Of a stretch of 64,000 bases of DNA, positions 1 to 9,839 are shown in pieces (the stretch's first letter is position 1; every line of letters starts with the position of its first letter). The DNA is from Candidatus Kapaibacterium sp. (GTDB lineage: Bacteria; Bacteroidota; Ignavibacteria; Kapaibacteriales; UBA2268), in assembly GCA_963664875.1 (NCBI GenBank), contig OY761611.1, forward strand, positions 1,760,958-1,824,957. Reading direction: 5' to 3'. Both the position numbers and the translations under genes were made by a program. The notes beneath the pieces were generated by a model that did not search any database, had not been told where the DNA came from, and saw nothing but the letters and a program-made list of their open reading frames with translations.

Positions 1-442
1 TAATTGGTACACTTTCGTATTTAATCTTGATAACATAATTACTTTCAATATTAAAACTATCGAGTACGCTTTTTGCTTTTCCTACCACTTTAACATTACA
101 AATGGAATCTGCACCGGCAAGGACAATACATTTAATAAATAAATCTATATCTTCACTAAGATTGACATCTTGTGCGTCCAACTGATAAATATCATAAGAA
201 GTTCGACTTACTTTTGTATCTATCTGATTAGAATCAGACTTGCAGATAGAATGCGGTTTCAACAATGTGGATTCTGAATTTTCCAATTCAAAAGACATAT
301 CGTATTTCGAATCGACTGCTTGACTTAGTTCGATTGGTATTCTGAGGTAAATAACATCTCCGGACTCTGCCGACAATGTATCAGCTGCTTTAAGATTGGG
401 GGTCAGCAACAGTATTAACAATATAAATATTATCTTATTCAT
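1..442 (-). CDS. Hypothetical secreted protein, partial; the gene runs off the left edge of the window
   Basis: My manual reverse-complement translation from the ATG at 440-442 reads MNKIIFILLILLLTPNLKAADTLSAESGDVIYLRIPIE... and stays open through position 1. The N-terminus looks like a signal peptide. The start overlaps the stop of the upstream vWA-OmpA gene by 8 nt in another frame, so the pair is operonic. This ORF is absent from the provided track, probably because it touches the window edge. Confidence 0.45.
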   Translation of the reverse strand, partial: MNKIIFILLILLLTPNLKAADTLSAESGDVIYLRIPIELSQAVDSKYDMSFELENSESTLLKPHSICKSDSNQIDTKVSRTSYDIYQLDAQDVNLSEDIDLFIKCIVLAGADSICNVKVVGKAKSVLDSFNIESNYVIKIKYESVPI

Positions 443-2207
443 TTTCGAGCACCACAAATTCTGTTCTTCTGTTGAGTTTTCTGTTTTTATTCGAATCATT
501 TGGTACTAAAGGCTGCGATTCTCCAAAACCTTTTGTAAATAGTCTGTTTTGTTCAATACCCAGACTTATTAGAACATCTCGAACTGATTTTGCCCTTTCC
601 TTTGAAAGGATTAGGTTATCTTCTTCTGCACCAACATCGTCAGTATGGCCATGTATTGCTATTTTTATCCCCGGGTTGTTACGCATTACTTCGTAAACTT
701 GAATGATATATTCGCGGGAAGATTCTGAAAGTTTAGCACTTCCGGTTTCAAATTCTATATTCAACATAGCAGTTGTACCTGCAGCATCAAATTGAGTAAT
801 TATGGATTTATCATAATATATCGTATCAGAAGCATTTATAGAAGTTATATTAGGAAGCTGCACATTTAAGTTCACTCTGTGAATACCTGCGCATTTTGGA
901 GGCTCATATCTCACAAGATAGTAATTATTTAGTGAGTAGTAAATATCTCTAAACACGAACGGAAACTCTTTTATCGAAAAAATCTTATAATAAGTGCCAC
1001 CTGTATAAACTGAAACATCACGCAAAAGCTGATTGTCATAGTCAAAATCTATTGATATGATTGAAACTTTGTGCTTTTTGCATTCTTTTATAGCGGAATC
1101 CAATATTGACTTATTAGAATTATCAGCTCCGTCCGAAAGCAAAATCAAGCTTCTTTTATATCCTGCGGGAGCTTTTGCCAACTCATCAATCCCTACATTC
1201 AAAGCATCATAAATACGAGTGCCTCCGCCCACATCAGGCTTTTCTTTCAGCTCATTTTTAAATTTAGTTACGTAGTATTTTTTATCATTACTCAAAGGTA
1301 TCTGAACAAAAGATTTGCCTGCAAACTTAACTACAGAGACATAATCCTGCCTTTTCAACGCAGTAAGTATTCTAGCTAATGCCTGATTCAATAAGTAAAT
1401 TTTGCCTTCGCCCATAGAACCGGAATGATCTAAAACAAAAGCTATCGCATTTTGGACATCTGACTTTTCACTAATCTCTTCCACAAAAAAGTCGGTAATT
1501 TTATGTACTCCGCCGCAGCTATCCTGCAGCAGGTGCCAATAGTCCTGCCACTTCCCTTTGCCTTTGAAGTTAGGAGGAGCAAGACCGGCGATGCTTCTAC
1601 CGGCAGTATCCTTTACACTTAATCGGAGCTCAATCGAATTTGGATAATCATCAGTGTGAATGGAGTTGATTTTCATAACCCATGGCAAAACAGTCTCATT
1701 ACTTTGCTTATTAATTGTATTATTTACTGAAGAATTAGATTCAATACTCAGCTGTGAAGAAGTTTTGTTCTGCACAGAATCATTATCCATTCTATGATTT
1801 CCGGGCAAGTAGGCAGCAGTTCCTCTTAGGCTATCTGTAGTTCTTTCGTTACTTATGTTTGTATCAAGATTACTGTCATATAAGCCACGCATTTTCCCGG
1901 AATTACGAACTATATTTGCAATATTGGGTTCTTCCTGAGAAGCTCCGAAATTGTTTAGGGTATCTAAGTTTTTGCAATTGTTTCTTTGCTCACTCGAATC
2001 ATCTTCTACAAGTAACTCTAACCTATCCAAAGATATTTTATCAGATGAATTTTGGGAGTAATCCGGCTTTCTTTCATTTAGCTCCTTAGCCCTCTCAGCA
2101 TCTTCCTGTATAGCCTTATAAGCTATATGCGGACAAGCAGTTATGAATAAGCATGTTGCAATCAGCATAAAGAATAAACCAACTTTATTATATTTCTCTA
2201 TATTCAT
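435..2207 (-). CDS. Lipoprotein with a von Willebrand factor A (vWA) domain and a C-terminal OmpA-like peptidoglycan-binding domain
   Basis: The N-terminus MNIEKYNKVGLFFMLIATCLFITAC is a lipoprotein-type signal with a lipobox Cys. The vWA metal-ion-dependent adhesion site appears as AFVLDHSGSMGEG. The C-terminus IAIHGHTDDVGAEEDNLILSKERAKSVRDVL...NRRTEFVV matches the OmpA_C family. Confidence 0.8.
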   Translation of the reverse strand: MNIEKYNKVGLFFMLIATCLFITACPHIAYKAIQEDAERAKELNERKPDYSQNSSDKISLDRLELLVEDDSSEQRNNCKNLDTLNNFGASQEEPNIANIVRNSGKMRGLYDSNLDTNISNERTTDSLRGTAAYLPGNHRMDNDSVQNKTSSQLSIESNSSVNNTINKQSNETVLPWVMKINSIHTDDYPNSIELRLSVKDTAGRSIAGLAPPNFKGKGKWQDYWHLLQDSCGGVHKITDFFVEEISEKSDVQNAIAFVLDHSGSMGEGKIYLLNQALARILTALKRQDYVSVVKFAGKSFVQIPLSNDKKYYVTKFKNELKEKPDVGGGTRIYDALNVGIDELAKAPAGYKRSLILLSDGADNSNKSILDSAIKECKKHKVSIISIDFDYDNQLLRDVSVYTGGTYYKIFSIKEFPFVFRDIYYSLNNYYLVRYEPPKCAGIHRVNLNVQLPNITSINASDTIYYDKSIITQFDAAGTTAMLNIEFETGSAKLSESSREYIIQVYEVMRNNPGIKIAIHGHTDDVGAEEDNLILSKERAKSVRDVLISLGIEQNRLFTKGFGESQPLVPNDSNKNRKLNRRTEFVVLENE

Positions 2208-2440
2208 TAAGTTATTCGGTTATTTATTACTATAATATTCACAATATAACGATTATTTATCGAAATAGTTCAATTTTGGGAATTATTTCAAGTTTATACC
2301 TAACTATTTTCAATAATTCAAACATTGCCTGTTACATTTAGCTCAATCAACTGTTTATACTAAGATATGCAAGAATAAAGTTGTATATATTAAATATCTT
2401 TATATATTGCAGTTACAGCATAATTTCGTGAGATTAGCCT

Positions 2441-5400
2441 ATGAAATATATATACACTCTTTTGATAATATCATTTTTATCTTTCAGTGCTTTACAAGCC
2501 GATTACTGGGAAGAAGTGACTGATATTACTCCATCATCTTTTATTGATTCTTATTGGCTTGATATTTATTTCCTGCCTTCAAATCTAAATTATGGTTGGG
2601 TTTGTGGACGAGATGCACGAGTTCTACGCACTACTGACCGCGGGAAAACATGGCGTGGAGTTACACTCCCATCTACTGAGCATCTTGAAAGTATTCATTT
2701 TACAACTCAAAATATTGGATATGTCTCCGGCGTTGATGGTATTTGGAAATCTGAAGATGGCGGGATTAACTGGACTGACATAACCCCTTCGGACACAGTT
2801 AGTTATTGGGGTTGCTATTTTTGGGACTCAAACACCGGCGTAGTTGTAGGTGACGGCTGCTCGCTTTACCACCAATATTTCTGGCATACTACTGATGGTG
2901 GAAACTCGTGGACACAATTTGAAGGGAATCAGGAAAATAGCGGACTCACTGACGCACTTATCGTAAACCCTAATACTGAAGCCTATGCTATTAGCAGCGG
3001 CAGATTATGGATTAGCTACGACGGTGGCAGAAACTGGGAAGTCAAAGATACTACAGGCACTACAGTCTGGCACGAAGAAATTACAAAATTCTCGAATTCA
3101 TTCCTGATACCAACTTCAGGCACTACTTGTTCTGGTGGAGGTTCCGTAGGCGGTATGCGATTTTCCACAAATGGTGGTGCTACATGGACAGACAGATCTG
3201 CACCTCGAGGTCCAATGTACGGCACGTTTCTTATTAATCAGGCGAAAGGCTGGGCTTGTGGACTATATGGACAAGTACTATATACAGACGACGCCGGGCA
3301 AAGCTGGAAAGAAATGAGCTGTGGTCTTGACAACTCACATCTTGATGACATTAGATTTTTGTCTGAAACAGAAGGCTGGGTAGTTGGTCAGGGACTATAT
3401 AGGCTTGGGAAGAACACATACGAAGTTTCTGAAGATCCTGTTATATTTCCGGATATGTGCCTGCCCGGATATAAAGATCACACGATTTACATCAGCAATA
3501 AATCTTTCGAATCCAATATTGTTAGCCTAAATATTATTGGACTCGACAAAGACGATTTCACATTGATGATGCCTAAAACTACAATAAATATGGCAAGCTG
3601 TGATGATATTCCTGTAGTAATTCGATTTGAACCCAACACATTGGGCGAAAAAAATGCGATACTGCATTGCGAGTTCACAGGAGTAGTTACGCGTGACATC
3701 CCTTTAAATGGATTTGCATTAGAGCCTTCCTTGATAATGGATAGCACTACAATCGTTATCAATCCTGCATACTGTGGACTGATGAACAGTCGATATATAG
3801 AACTCGGCTCTCTAACTAAAAAAGATACGATAGATTCCTATAACAAGAAAAACGGCTCCAATGATATAAAAATATTAAGTTCGATGCCCCTTGGAGTTAC
3901 GGTAGGTTCTACTTTTGCAGTGGAGGCTACCCCTAAAGACACAGGCTGGGTAGAAGCCCAGTACCTGCTCCACCTAAAGCCGTGCGAAAACGACACAGTA
4001 ATTACAGTCAGAGCCTATGGAGTGTCTCCAATTATCAATGCTCCGCTTCAGATCCAACAAGTGCTTGCCTGCACAAATAAGGGAGAGATACTTATACCGA
4101 TAAGCAATACAGGAAATACTGAACTTTATCTTCCAAATCTGGACTTTATAGAAGACAACGCGAACTTCAAATTTAAGGGTACAAAAAGTAAAAAATCCTT
4201 TCCGCTTTCAATAGCCCAAGGGAGTTCTGATACCTTAATAGTAGAGTTGCTTCCGCAGGATTTCGGGATACATGAAGAAACATTATATATCTACAATAAT
4301 GATTCTACGAAGGTACGAGGCAATAAAAATCCATTTATAATAGAGCTTCGTTATGAATATTCCACTCCGCTACCGGAAATTTCCACCGAAAAAATAGATT
4401 TTGGCAGAATTTGCTTAGGGGAGTCTCAACTACAGAGCTTTAAGTTCTTTAATAAAGGAAGTATAGAACTTACACTAACTAATATACTTGCAGAACTAAA
4501 TCTCTTTGGAATTGATTCCGAAAAATACTCAAATAGAACTATACATCCGCTCGACTCTTTAGAGATAGATATCAACTTTTTGGCTACTGAGATTGGTAAG
4601 AAATATGATACTTTAAAGATAGTTACCAATCCTTGCGAAGATACTCTATTTGTTGTACTAACATCCCAAGTAGAAACTGCAGCAATCAGAGCTACTCCTG
4701 AAGATGTGTTACTCAACCTACAAACAGGAGAAAGTGAAGAAGCATCGTTGAATCTGAAATCATACTCTACCATAGATTTGAATATTACCAATATATCATT
4801 AGTTCCTGAAAATCCTGATTTACTTGTTCAATTCGCAGATACTTTTCCGTTAGAACTAAAGTCAGGAAAATCTCTTGATTTGCTTTATTCAATTATTGCG
4901 TCAAAAGATTTAAGCTATTCCGGTAGCTTATGTATTGAAACTGACGGTTTTTGCGATGCAGATACATGTATTCCGTTTACAATTGAAAGTTTTTCCGGAA
5001 AAATTGAGCTTTCAGCAAATGATATAAATTTCGGTTATTTTACTTGCGAACCTCAAACAATAACAAAATCTATTACTATCACTAATAGTAGCGATTACGC
5101 TGATACTCTAACTAAAATTACAATAAATCCTACCGGAGATTTTGCAATAACCAACTTGCCTTCTTTGCCTCTGCTAATGAAGTCCGGAGATGAATTGACA
5201 TTAGATATCAGTTACGTAATACAAAATGAAGGTAAGTTTTCCGCCGAGTTGCTAATATCATCCTATCTCATGCAAGGTAGAGATATAAAAGTTCCCTTAG
5301 ATATTGAGTTTAGAACGCCAAAAATTTCTGTATCAGCATTATCTGCAGATTTTGGTACAAAAGAACGCTGCGACATCGCAACAAGTTTTAGCTTCAGCAT

Positions 5401-6655
5401 CGCAAATAGTGGGACTTTGGCAGATACTTTGGAGTATAGTGATAATAGTATTGCAGGATTTTCGAATACTTTAAATGATAATCTTATCATTCTTCCAAAT
5501 ACTGATACTACTATCACAATTACATTTGACCCGACACAAACTCAAGGCTTGGGCAATAAATCATACAAAATTACCTTAAGAAGTGAAGTCTGCGATTTTG
5601 AATTTACACATACATCATCGGCTGATATTATAGCTCCAAGAGTTTCATTTTTACCTACAACAGTCAATCTGGGACAGGTTTGGAAAGATTTCTCCAAGGA
5701 TACGGTAATAGTGATTTTTAACAACTCACAAGTAGAAAGAACCATAAGTCATATAGAGTTTATGCCGGAAGTACCGGGATTAGAATTTGATTTTGACCTG
5801 CCTAAAGCAATCCCTGTAGGACTCACAGATACAATATATATCAACTTCAAAGCCACAGAGAAAGGCAACTTCTCAACTAAGCTATTTATTGAAGATAGGT
5901 CTGTATGTATTGATTCTACTTATTTGGACTTTGTTGTTTCTGTGCCTGATGAATATTACAAAGTAGATTTAAGAACCAATAATTACATTTTCGATATTCA
6001 CGAAAAAGGAACCTTAGAAGTATTTCTCGACAATCCTGTTTTCAAATTTAATCCCGAAAATATTACTCTTGACCTGAATTATGATATTAATCTATTTAAT
6101 CCTGAAAAAGCATATCTGCACAACAAAGGAGTGAAAACTGAAATCGAATTTCAGCCCATTTCCAATGGTGTAAGTATCACAAGCAATAGTGTAAGCATAG
6201 ACAGCTTATTCACAGAAGCAGGACTCATACTTTCGGTAGAAGGCAAACCTCTTGCCTCTTTCCCACAATCCAGTGGACTTTTGATTTCTGAAGTTCATTT
6301 TGGTACGAATAAACCTTTTGATTTGGAAACGAAAAATGGTAGCATACAGGTTGAAGGTTACTGCGAAGCTGTGATAAACGATGGTCTAATGATGCTACCA
6401 AATATGCAGGCAAGGCTCATAAACAGCATAAACTCAGATAATATTGTTTTAGAATTGGAAAGCGATTTGCCTCAACTGGCAGATATTTCAATAATAGATT
6501 TGAGTGGCAGTGAAACTAAAGCTAAAATATTCGTAGATAAGAAAGCAGAATATCAGATTAGCACTGCCACTTTCTCTCAGGGAGTATATTTCATTGTGTT
6601 AAAAACAGAATGGGGCAAGCGGGTCGTAACTTCAAAATTTTTAATTTTGAAATAA
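2441..6655 (+). CDS. Large (1404 aa) T9SS-secreted surface protein with an N-terminal BNR/Ycf48-like beta-propeller, multiple Ig-like repeats and a T9SS C-terminal sorting domain
   Basis: There is a signal peptide. BNR-like repeat motifs recur: TDRGKTWRGV, SEDGGINWTDI, TDGGNSWTQ, SYDGGRNWEV, STNGGATWTD, DDAGQSWKE. A long series of roughly 100 aa beta-rich repeats follows. The C-terminus ...ATFSQGVYFIVLKTEWGKRVVTSKFLILK has the Por-secretion-tail pattern. Confidence 0.8.
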   Translation: MKYIYTLLIISFLSFSALQADYWEEVTDITPSSFIDSYWLDIYFLPSNLNYGWVCGRDARVLRTTDRGKTWRGVTLPSTEHLESIHFTTQNIGYVSGVDGIWKSEDGGINWTDITPSDTVSYWGCYFWDSNTGVVVGDGCSLYHQYFWHTTDGGNSWTQFEGNQENSGLTDALIVNPNTEAYAISSGRLWISYDGGRNWEVKDTTGTTVWHEEITKFSNSFLIPTSGTTCSGGGSVGGMRFSTNGGATWTDRSAPRGPMYGTFLINQAKGWACGLYGQVLYTDDAGQSWKEMSCGLDNSHLDDIRFLSETEGWVVGQGLYRLGKNTYEVSEDPVIFPDMCLPGYKDHTIYISNKSFESNIVSLNIIGLDKDDFTLMMPKTTINMASCDDIPVVIRFEPNTLGEKNAILHCEFTGVVTRDIPLNGFALEPSLIMDSTTIVINPAYCGLMNSRYIELGSLTKKDTIDSYNKKNGSNDIKILSSMPLGVTVGSTFAVEATPKDTGWVEAQYLLHLKPCENDTVITVRAYGVSPIINAPLQIQQVLACTNKGEILIPISNTGNTELYLPNLDFIEDNANFKFKGTKSKKSFPLSIAQGSSDTLIVELLPQDFGIHEETLYIYNNDSTKVRGNKNPFIIELRYEYSTPLPEISTEKIDFGRICLGESQLQSFKFFNKGSIELTLTNILAELNLFGIDSEKYSNRTIHPLDSLEIDINFLATEIGKKYDTLKIVTNPCEDTLFVVLTSQVETAAIRATPEDVLLNLQTGESEEASLNLKSYSTIDLNITNISLVPENPDLLVQFADTFPLELKSGKSLDLLYSIIASKDLSYSGSLCIETDGFCDADTCIPFTIESFSGKIELSANDINFGYFTCEPQTITKSITITNSSDYADTLTKITINPTGDFAITNLPSLPLLMKSGDELTLDISYVIQNEGKFSAELLISSYLMQGRDIKVPLDIEFRTPKISVSALSADFGTKERCDIATSFSFSIANSGTLADTLEYSDNSIAGFSNTLNDNLIILPNTDTTITITFDPTQTQGLGNKSYKITLRSEVCDFEFTHTSSADIIAPRVSFLPTTVNLGQVWKDFSKDTVIVIFNNSQVERTISHIEFMPEVPGLEFDFDLPKAIPVGLTDTIYINFKATEKGNFSTKLFIEDRSVCIDSTYLDFVVSVPDEYYKVDLRTNNYIFDIHEKGTLEVFLDNPVFKFNPENITLDLNYDINLFNPEKAYLHNKGVKTEIEFQPISNGVSITSNSVSIDSLFTEAGLILSVEGKPLASFPQSSGLLISEVHFGTNKPFDLETKNGSIQVEGYCEAVINDGLMMLPNMQARLINSINSDNIVLELESDLPQLADISIIDLSGSETKAKIFVDKKAEYQISTATFSQGVYFIVLKTEWGKRVVTSKFLILK

Positions 6656-6712
6656 AGCCTGCGGATATTCGATTTACGCTTTATGTGTTGAACCCATTAT
6701 AGAAGGCTGAAA

Positions 6713-7561
6713 ATGAAAACTAAAATTGTCGCTTTTGCGATTGCAGCATTTGCACTAAGCTCTTGTGTGTCTTCTTCAAAATATGACGCTATGGTAGCAG
6801 AACGCGATCAGGTAACTGCTTCCAAAGATTCGCTTCAAAACGAATACCGTTTATTAAATGCAAAATATTTAGAGAAAGTTGATGAAGTTGCCGGTTTGAA
6901 ACAAGAATTAAAAGTAATGACTGATAAGTACAATGAGCTCAAAAAAAGCTATGAGGCTCTGAAAACAAGCTCAACAGAAAATGTTCAGGATTTGCTCACA
7001 AGAATCGAAACTTTGGAGAAATCTATCGCTGAAAAAGAAGCTAAAATTGCTGATATCAACCAAAAACTTGCAGAACGAGAAAACAAAATGAAACGCTTGC
7101 AGCAAACTATCAGCAATGCTTTGCTCAGCTTCAAAGATAGCGGACTGGAAGTTAGCATCAAAGATGGCAAGGTTTATGTTTCACTTTCAAATAAACTTTT
7201 ATTCTCTTCAGGAAGTACTAAAATTGACAAAGAAGGACAAAAAGCTCTTATAGAGCTTGCCAATGTTCTGAAAACTCAACCTGATATAAACGTACTTGTC
7301 GAAGGTCACACTGATGACAAAAAAGTTTCCGGGGGTCAAAGATTTAGCGACAACTGGGATTTGAGTGTGCTACGTGCTACTGAAGTTGTGCGTTATCTTA
7401 CTGTGGACGGTGGTCTCGAATCAACAAGAATCATCGCTTCCGGCAGAGGAGAGTTTTTCCCTATTAGAGCTGAAGACTCTGACGAAGCAAGAGCAGTAAA
7501 CAGAAGAACCGAAATCATCCTAACGCCTAAATTAGATGCACTTTTCGAGATTATAGAGTAA
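6713..7561 (+). CDS. OmpA-family (MotB/Pal-like) lipoprotein with a coiled-coil region
   Basis: The signal peptide carries the lipobox ALSSC. The central region has heptad-like K/E-rich coiled coil. The C-terminus VLVEGHTDDKKVSGGQRFSDNWDLSVLRATEVVRYL...NRRTEIIL is an OmpA_C domain. Confidence 0.8.
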   Translation: MKTKIVAFAIAAFALSSCVSSSKYDAMVAERDQVTASKDSLQNEYRLLNAKYLEKVDEVAGLKQELKVMTDKYNELKKSYEALKTSSTENVQDLLTRIETLEKSIAEKEAKIADINQKLAERENKMKRLQQTISNALLSFKDSGLEVSIKDGKVYVSLSNKLLFSSGSTKIDKEGQKALIELANVLKTQPDINVLVEGHTDDKKVSGGQRFSDNWDLSVLRATEVVRYLTVDGGLESTRIIASGRGEFFPIRAEDSDEARAVNRRTEIILTPKLDALFEIIE

Positions 7562-7613
7562 AATCTGACTCTACGAGTCTTTGAAGATTTAGATTTTAGT
7601 ATGAAAATCATTT

Positions 7614-7653
7614 CGCCATGGCAAAGAAGAAAATTTCCCATGGCGTTTTTTTT
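7614..7653 (+). terminator. Rho-independent terminator after the OmpA-family lipoprotein gene
   Basis: The stem CGCCATGG...CCATGGCG is followed by a T8 run (cgccatggcaaagaagaaaatttcccatggcgtttttttt). Confidence 0.7.
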
Positions 7654-7730
7654 ACTTATAATGAGACGATATTTTTCAACTCACAAATACTTTCCTGCCA
7701 ATTTGCATAAGAATCATACAACCAGTATAT

Positions 7731-8072
7731 TTGTTTATCATAATAGTAACATCATCATTGTTTTTTTCGATGAAACTTAAGATCTTACTTCTCGAATCTG
7801 CGTTAGTCTCGATTGCAGCAAGCATAATAACTTTGCTTATCTTATTTTTGTTTAGTCAGATAGATAGCCTTGGAATGTTGTTAATTAAAACAATAACAAG
7901 TGCTTTTATCTTTAGTCTTATTTTATTTCAATTCTCCGGCGATGCTTACAAAAAGAATTTGTCTGAATTGAAGAATATCTCGGAAATCAGACTGACAAAC
8001 TTTGGCTATTGGTCATTATTCATAAAATTAGCATCAATAACTGTATTCTTGGTTTTTACGGAAATGTTTTAA
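7731..8072 (+). CDS. Hypothetical small membrane protein
   Basis: The 113 aa ORF is hydrophobic with about three predicted transmembrane helices. I recognised no motif, and the region is AT-rich. Confidence 0.3.
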   Translation: MFIIIVTSSLFFSMKLKILLLESALVSIAASIITLLILFLFSQIDSLGMLLIKTITSAFIFSLILFQFSGDAYKKNLSELKNISEIRLTNFGYWSLFIKLASITVFLVFTEMF

Positions 8073-8345
8073 ACCTCATTTGTCATTAGGGCTCAAAAAG
8101 ACATTTATTTTTCTTTATTTACAAAGAAAAATTCAAATCGTAAATGTAAGAAAAACTTACATATTGAATCATCGAACAAGGTAAAGATTGCTGAGCTGAG
8201 AGTTTATGCCGAGCAAAGTCGAGGTAAAGCATAACCCATTTCCCAGCAACAAGATATCGACGTATATTGATTTTTCTAATGACATCTATTTTTTATAAAA
8301 TCTTTTGCTCATTTTGCAATCGTCGCCACAGTGTAGCGACAATAT

Positions 8346-8384
8346 TAACAAAAATATCCGCAGCAAATCAAATTCACTGCGGAT
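8346..8384 (-). terminator. Rho-independent terminator downstream of nfnB (minus strand)
   Basis: The hairpin ATCCGCAG...CTGCGGAT is preceded on the plus strand by an A-run, which gives a T-run on the minus strand. Confidence 0.6.
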
Positions 8385-8411
8385 ATTTAATATTACAGAT
8401 ACTAATTTGGA

Positions 8412-9839
8412 TTATAACCAAACATCCGGATTTTTCAAATATTCGTTGATTGATTCAGCTGCTGTTCTGCCTGCTCCCATCGCTAGGATTACGGTTGCAC
8501 CACCTGTAACAATATCACCACCGGCAAATATGCCTTTTTTGTTAGTTCGCATTGTTTTTTCGTCAACTAAGATATTGCCCCATTTGTTTACATCCAAATC
8601 AGGTGTTGATTGGCTTATAATTGGGTTGGAACCATTGCCGATTGCTACCACTGCAACCTGAACTTCAATTTCTTCGATAGCTCCTTCGATTGGAACCGGT
8701 CTTCTTCTGCCTGAGGCATCAGGTTCTCCTAGTTCCATTTTCTGCAGCTTCATAGATTGCAACCAACCTTTATCATTTCCGATTAGTTCAGTTGGATTGT
8801 GAAGCAGCAAGAACTCTACACCTTCTTCTTTGGCATGATGTATCTCTTCCACACGAGCCGGCATCTCAGCTTCAGTTCTGCGATATATAATCATGGCTCT
8901 TTTTGCACCAAGACGAAGTGAAGTCCTCACCGCATCCATAGCAGTATTACCACCGCCAAAAACTGCAACTGTTTTACCTTTTATGTCAAACATTGGAGTG
9001 TCGTTGTTAGGGAAATCGTAAGCTTTCATTAGGTTTACACGAGTAAGGTATTCATTAGATGAATATACACCGTTCAAATGCTCACCCGGGATATTAAGAA
9101 AGTAAGGCAATCCTGCACCGACACCAATGAATGACGCATCAAAACGAAGCATAAGCTCCTCTAATGTTTCAGTCAAACCAACCACATAGTTAGTTTCAAA
9201 TTTCACACCGAGGGTCTTTAGATTTTCTACTTCTGCTTGCACTATTTCTTTTGGCAGACGAAACTCTGGGATACCATACATCAAAACGCCGCCGATTGCG
9301 TGCAATGCTTCAAATACAGTAACTTCATGCCCCATTTGGATTAAATCGCCGGCACAGCTCAAGCCTGCAGGGCCGCCACCTATAATGGCAACTTTTTTGC
9401 CTGTCTTATTTTTTATTTCAGGAAGCTCTATTTTGACATTATTTCTCTGCCAATCTGAGGCAAATCTTTCCAAGTATCCAATTGCAACCGGAGTGCCTTT
9501 TTTGCCGAGAATACATACTTTTTCGCATTGCTCTTCCTGTGGACAAACACGACCGCAAACTGCAGGAAGTGCGTTATCTTCTTTCAATATTTCTGCAGCT
9601 CTATTAAAATTACCCAGAGCTATTTGCTCTATAAATTGAGGGATTTTAACATTAACCGGACATCCGTCAACGCATAGAGGATTTTTACATTGGATACATC
9701 TGTTTGCTTCTTCGATAGCAGTTTCCGGTGCATAACCCAAATTTACTTCTTGAAAATTTTTATTTCTTACATTTGGATCCTGCTCAGGCATCTTATGTCT
9801 TGGAATAGCCATTCTTTCTTTTTTGGTCAATTCAGCCAT
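8412..9839 (-). CDS. nfnB: NADPH-dependent glutamate synthase small-subunit-like (GltD/SudA family) iron-sulfur flavoprotein, probably NfnB
   Basis: Two Cys clusters are present: CIQCKNPLCVDGCP and CGRVCPQEEQCEKVC. A dinucleotide-binding motif KVAIIGGGPAGLSCAGDL and a second Rossmann motif TVAVFGGGNTAMD follow. The gene overlaps the upstream PyrK-like gene by 1 nt. Confidence 0.8.
   Translation of the reverse strand: MAELTKKERMAIPRHKMPEQDPNVRNKNFQEVNLGYAPETAIEEANRCIQCKNPLCVDGCPVNVKIPQFIEQIALGNFNRAAEILKEDNALPAVCGRVCPQEEQCEKVCILGKKGTPVAIGYLERFASDWQRNNVKIELPEIKNKTGKKVAIIGGGPAGLSCAGDLIQMGHEVTVFEALHAIGGVLMYGIPEFRLPKEIVQAEVENLKTLGVKFETNYVVGLTETLEELMLRFDASFIGVGAGLPYFLNIPGEHLNGVYSSNEYLTRVNLMKAYDFPNNDTPMFDIKGKTVAVFGGGNTAMDAVRTSLRLGAKRAMIIYRRTEAEMPARVEEIHHAKEEGVEFLLLHNPTELIGNDKGWLQSMKLQKMELGEPDASGRRRPVPIEGAIEEIEVQVAVVAIGNGSNPIISQSTPDLDVNKWGNILVDEKTMRTNKKGIFAGGDIVTGGATVILAMGAGRTAAESINEYLKNPDVWL

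Noticed and set aside
472-696. Many short ORFs (60-165 aa) on the strand opposite well-supported genes. Examples are 472..696, 1859..2089, 2592..2783, 3016..3225, 9385..10282, 12601..13026, 16517..16864, 17599..18079, 21021..22499, 30017..31013, 37221..39368, 43555..44316, 45151..46484, 47245..47986, 49512..50009, 51027..51566, 56037..57365 and 61359..61908.
   Set aside because: They lie inside stronger ORFs on the other strand, lack ribosome-binding sites and carry no recognisable motif. They are better explained as chance ORFs antisense to AT-rich coding sequence.
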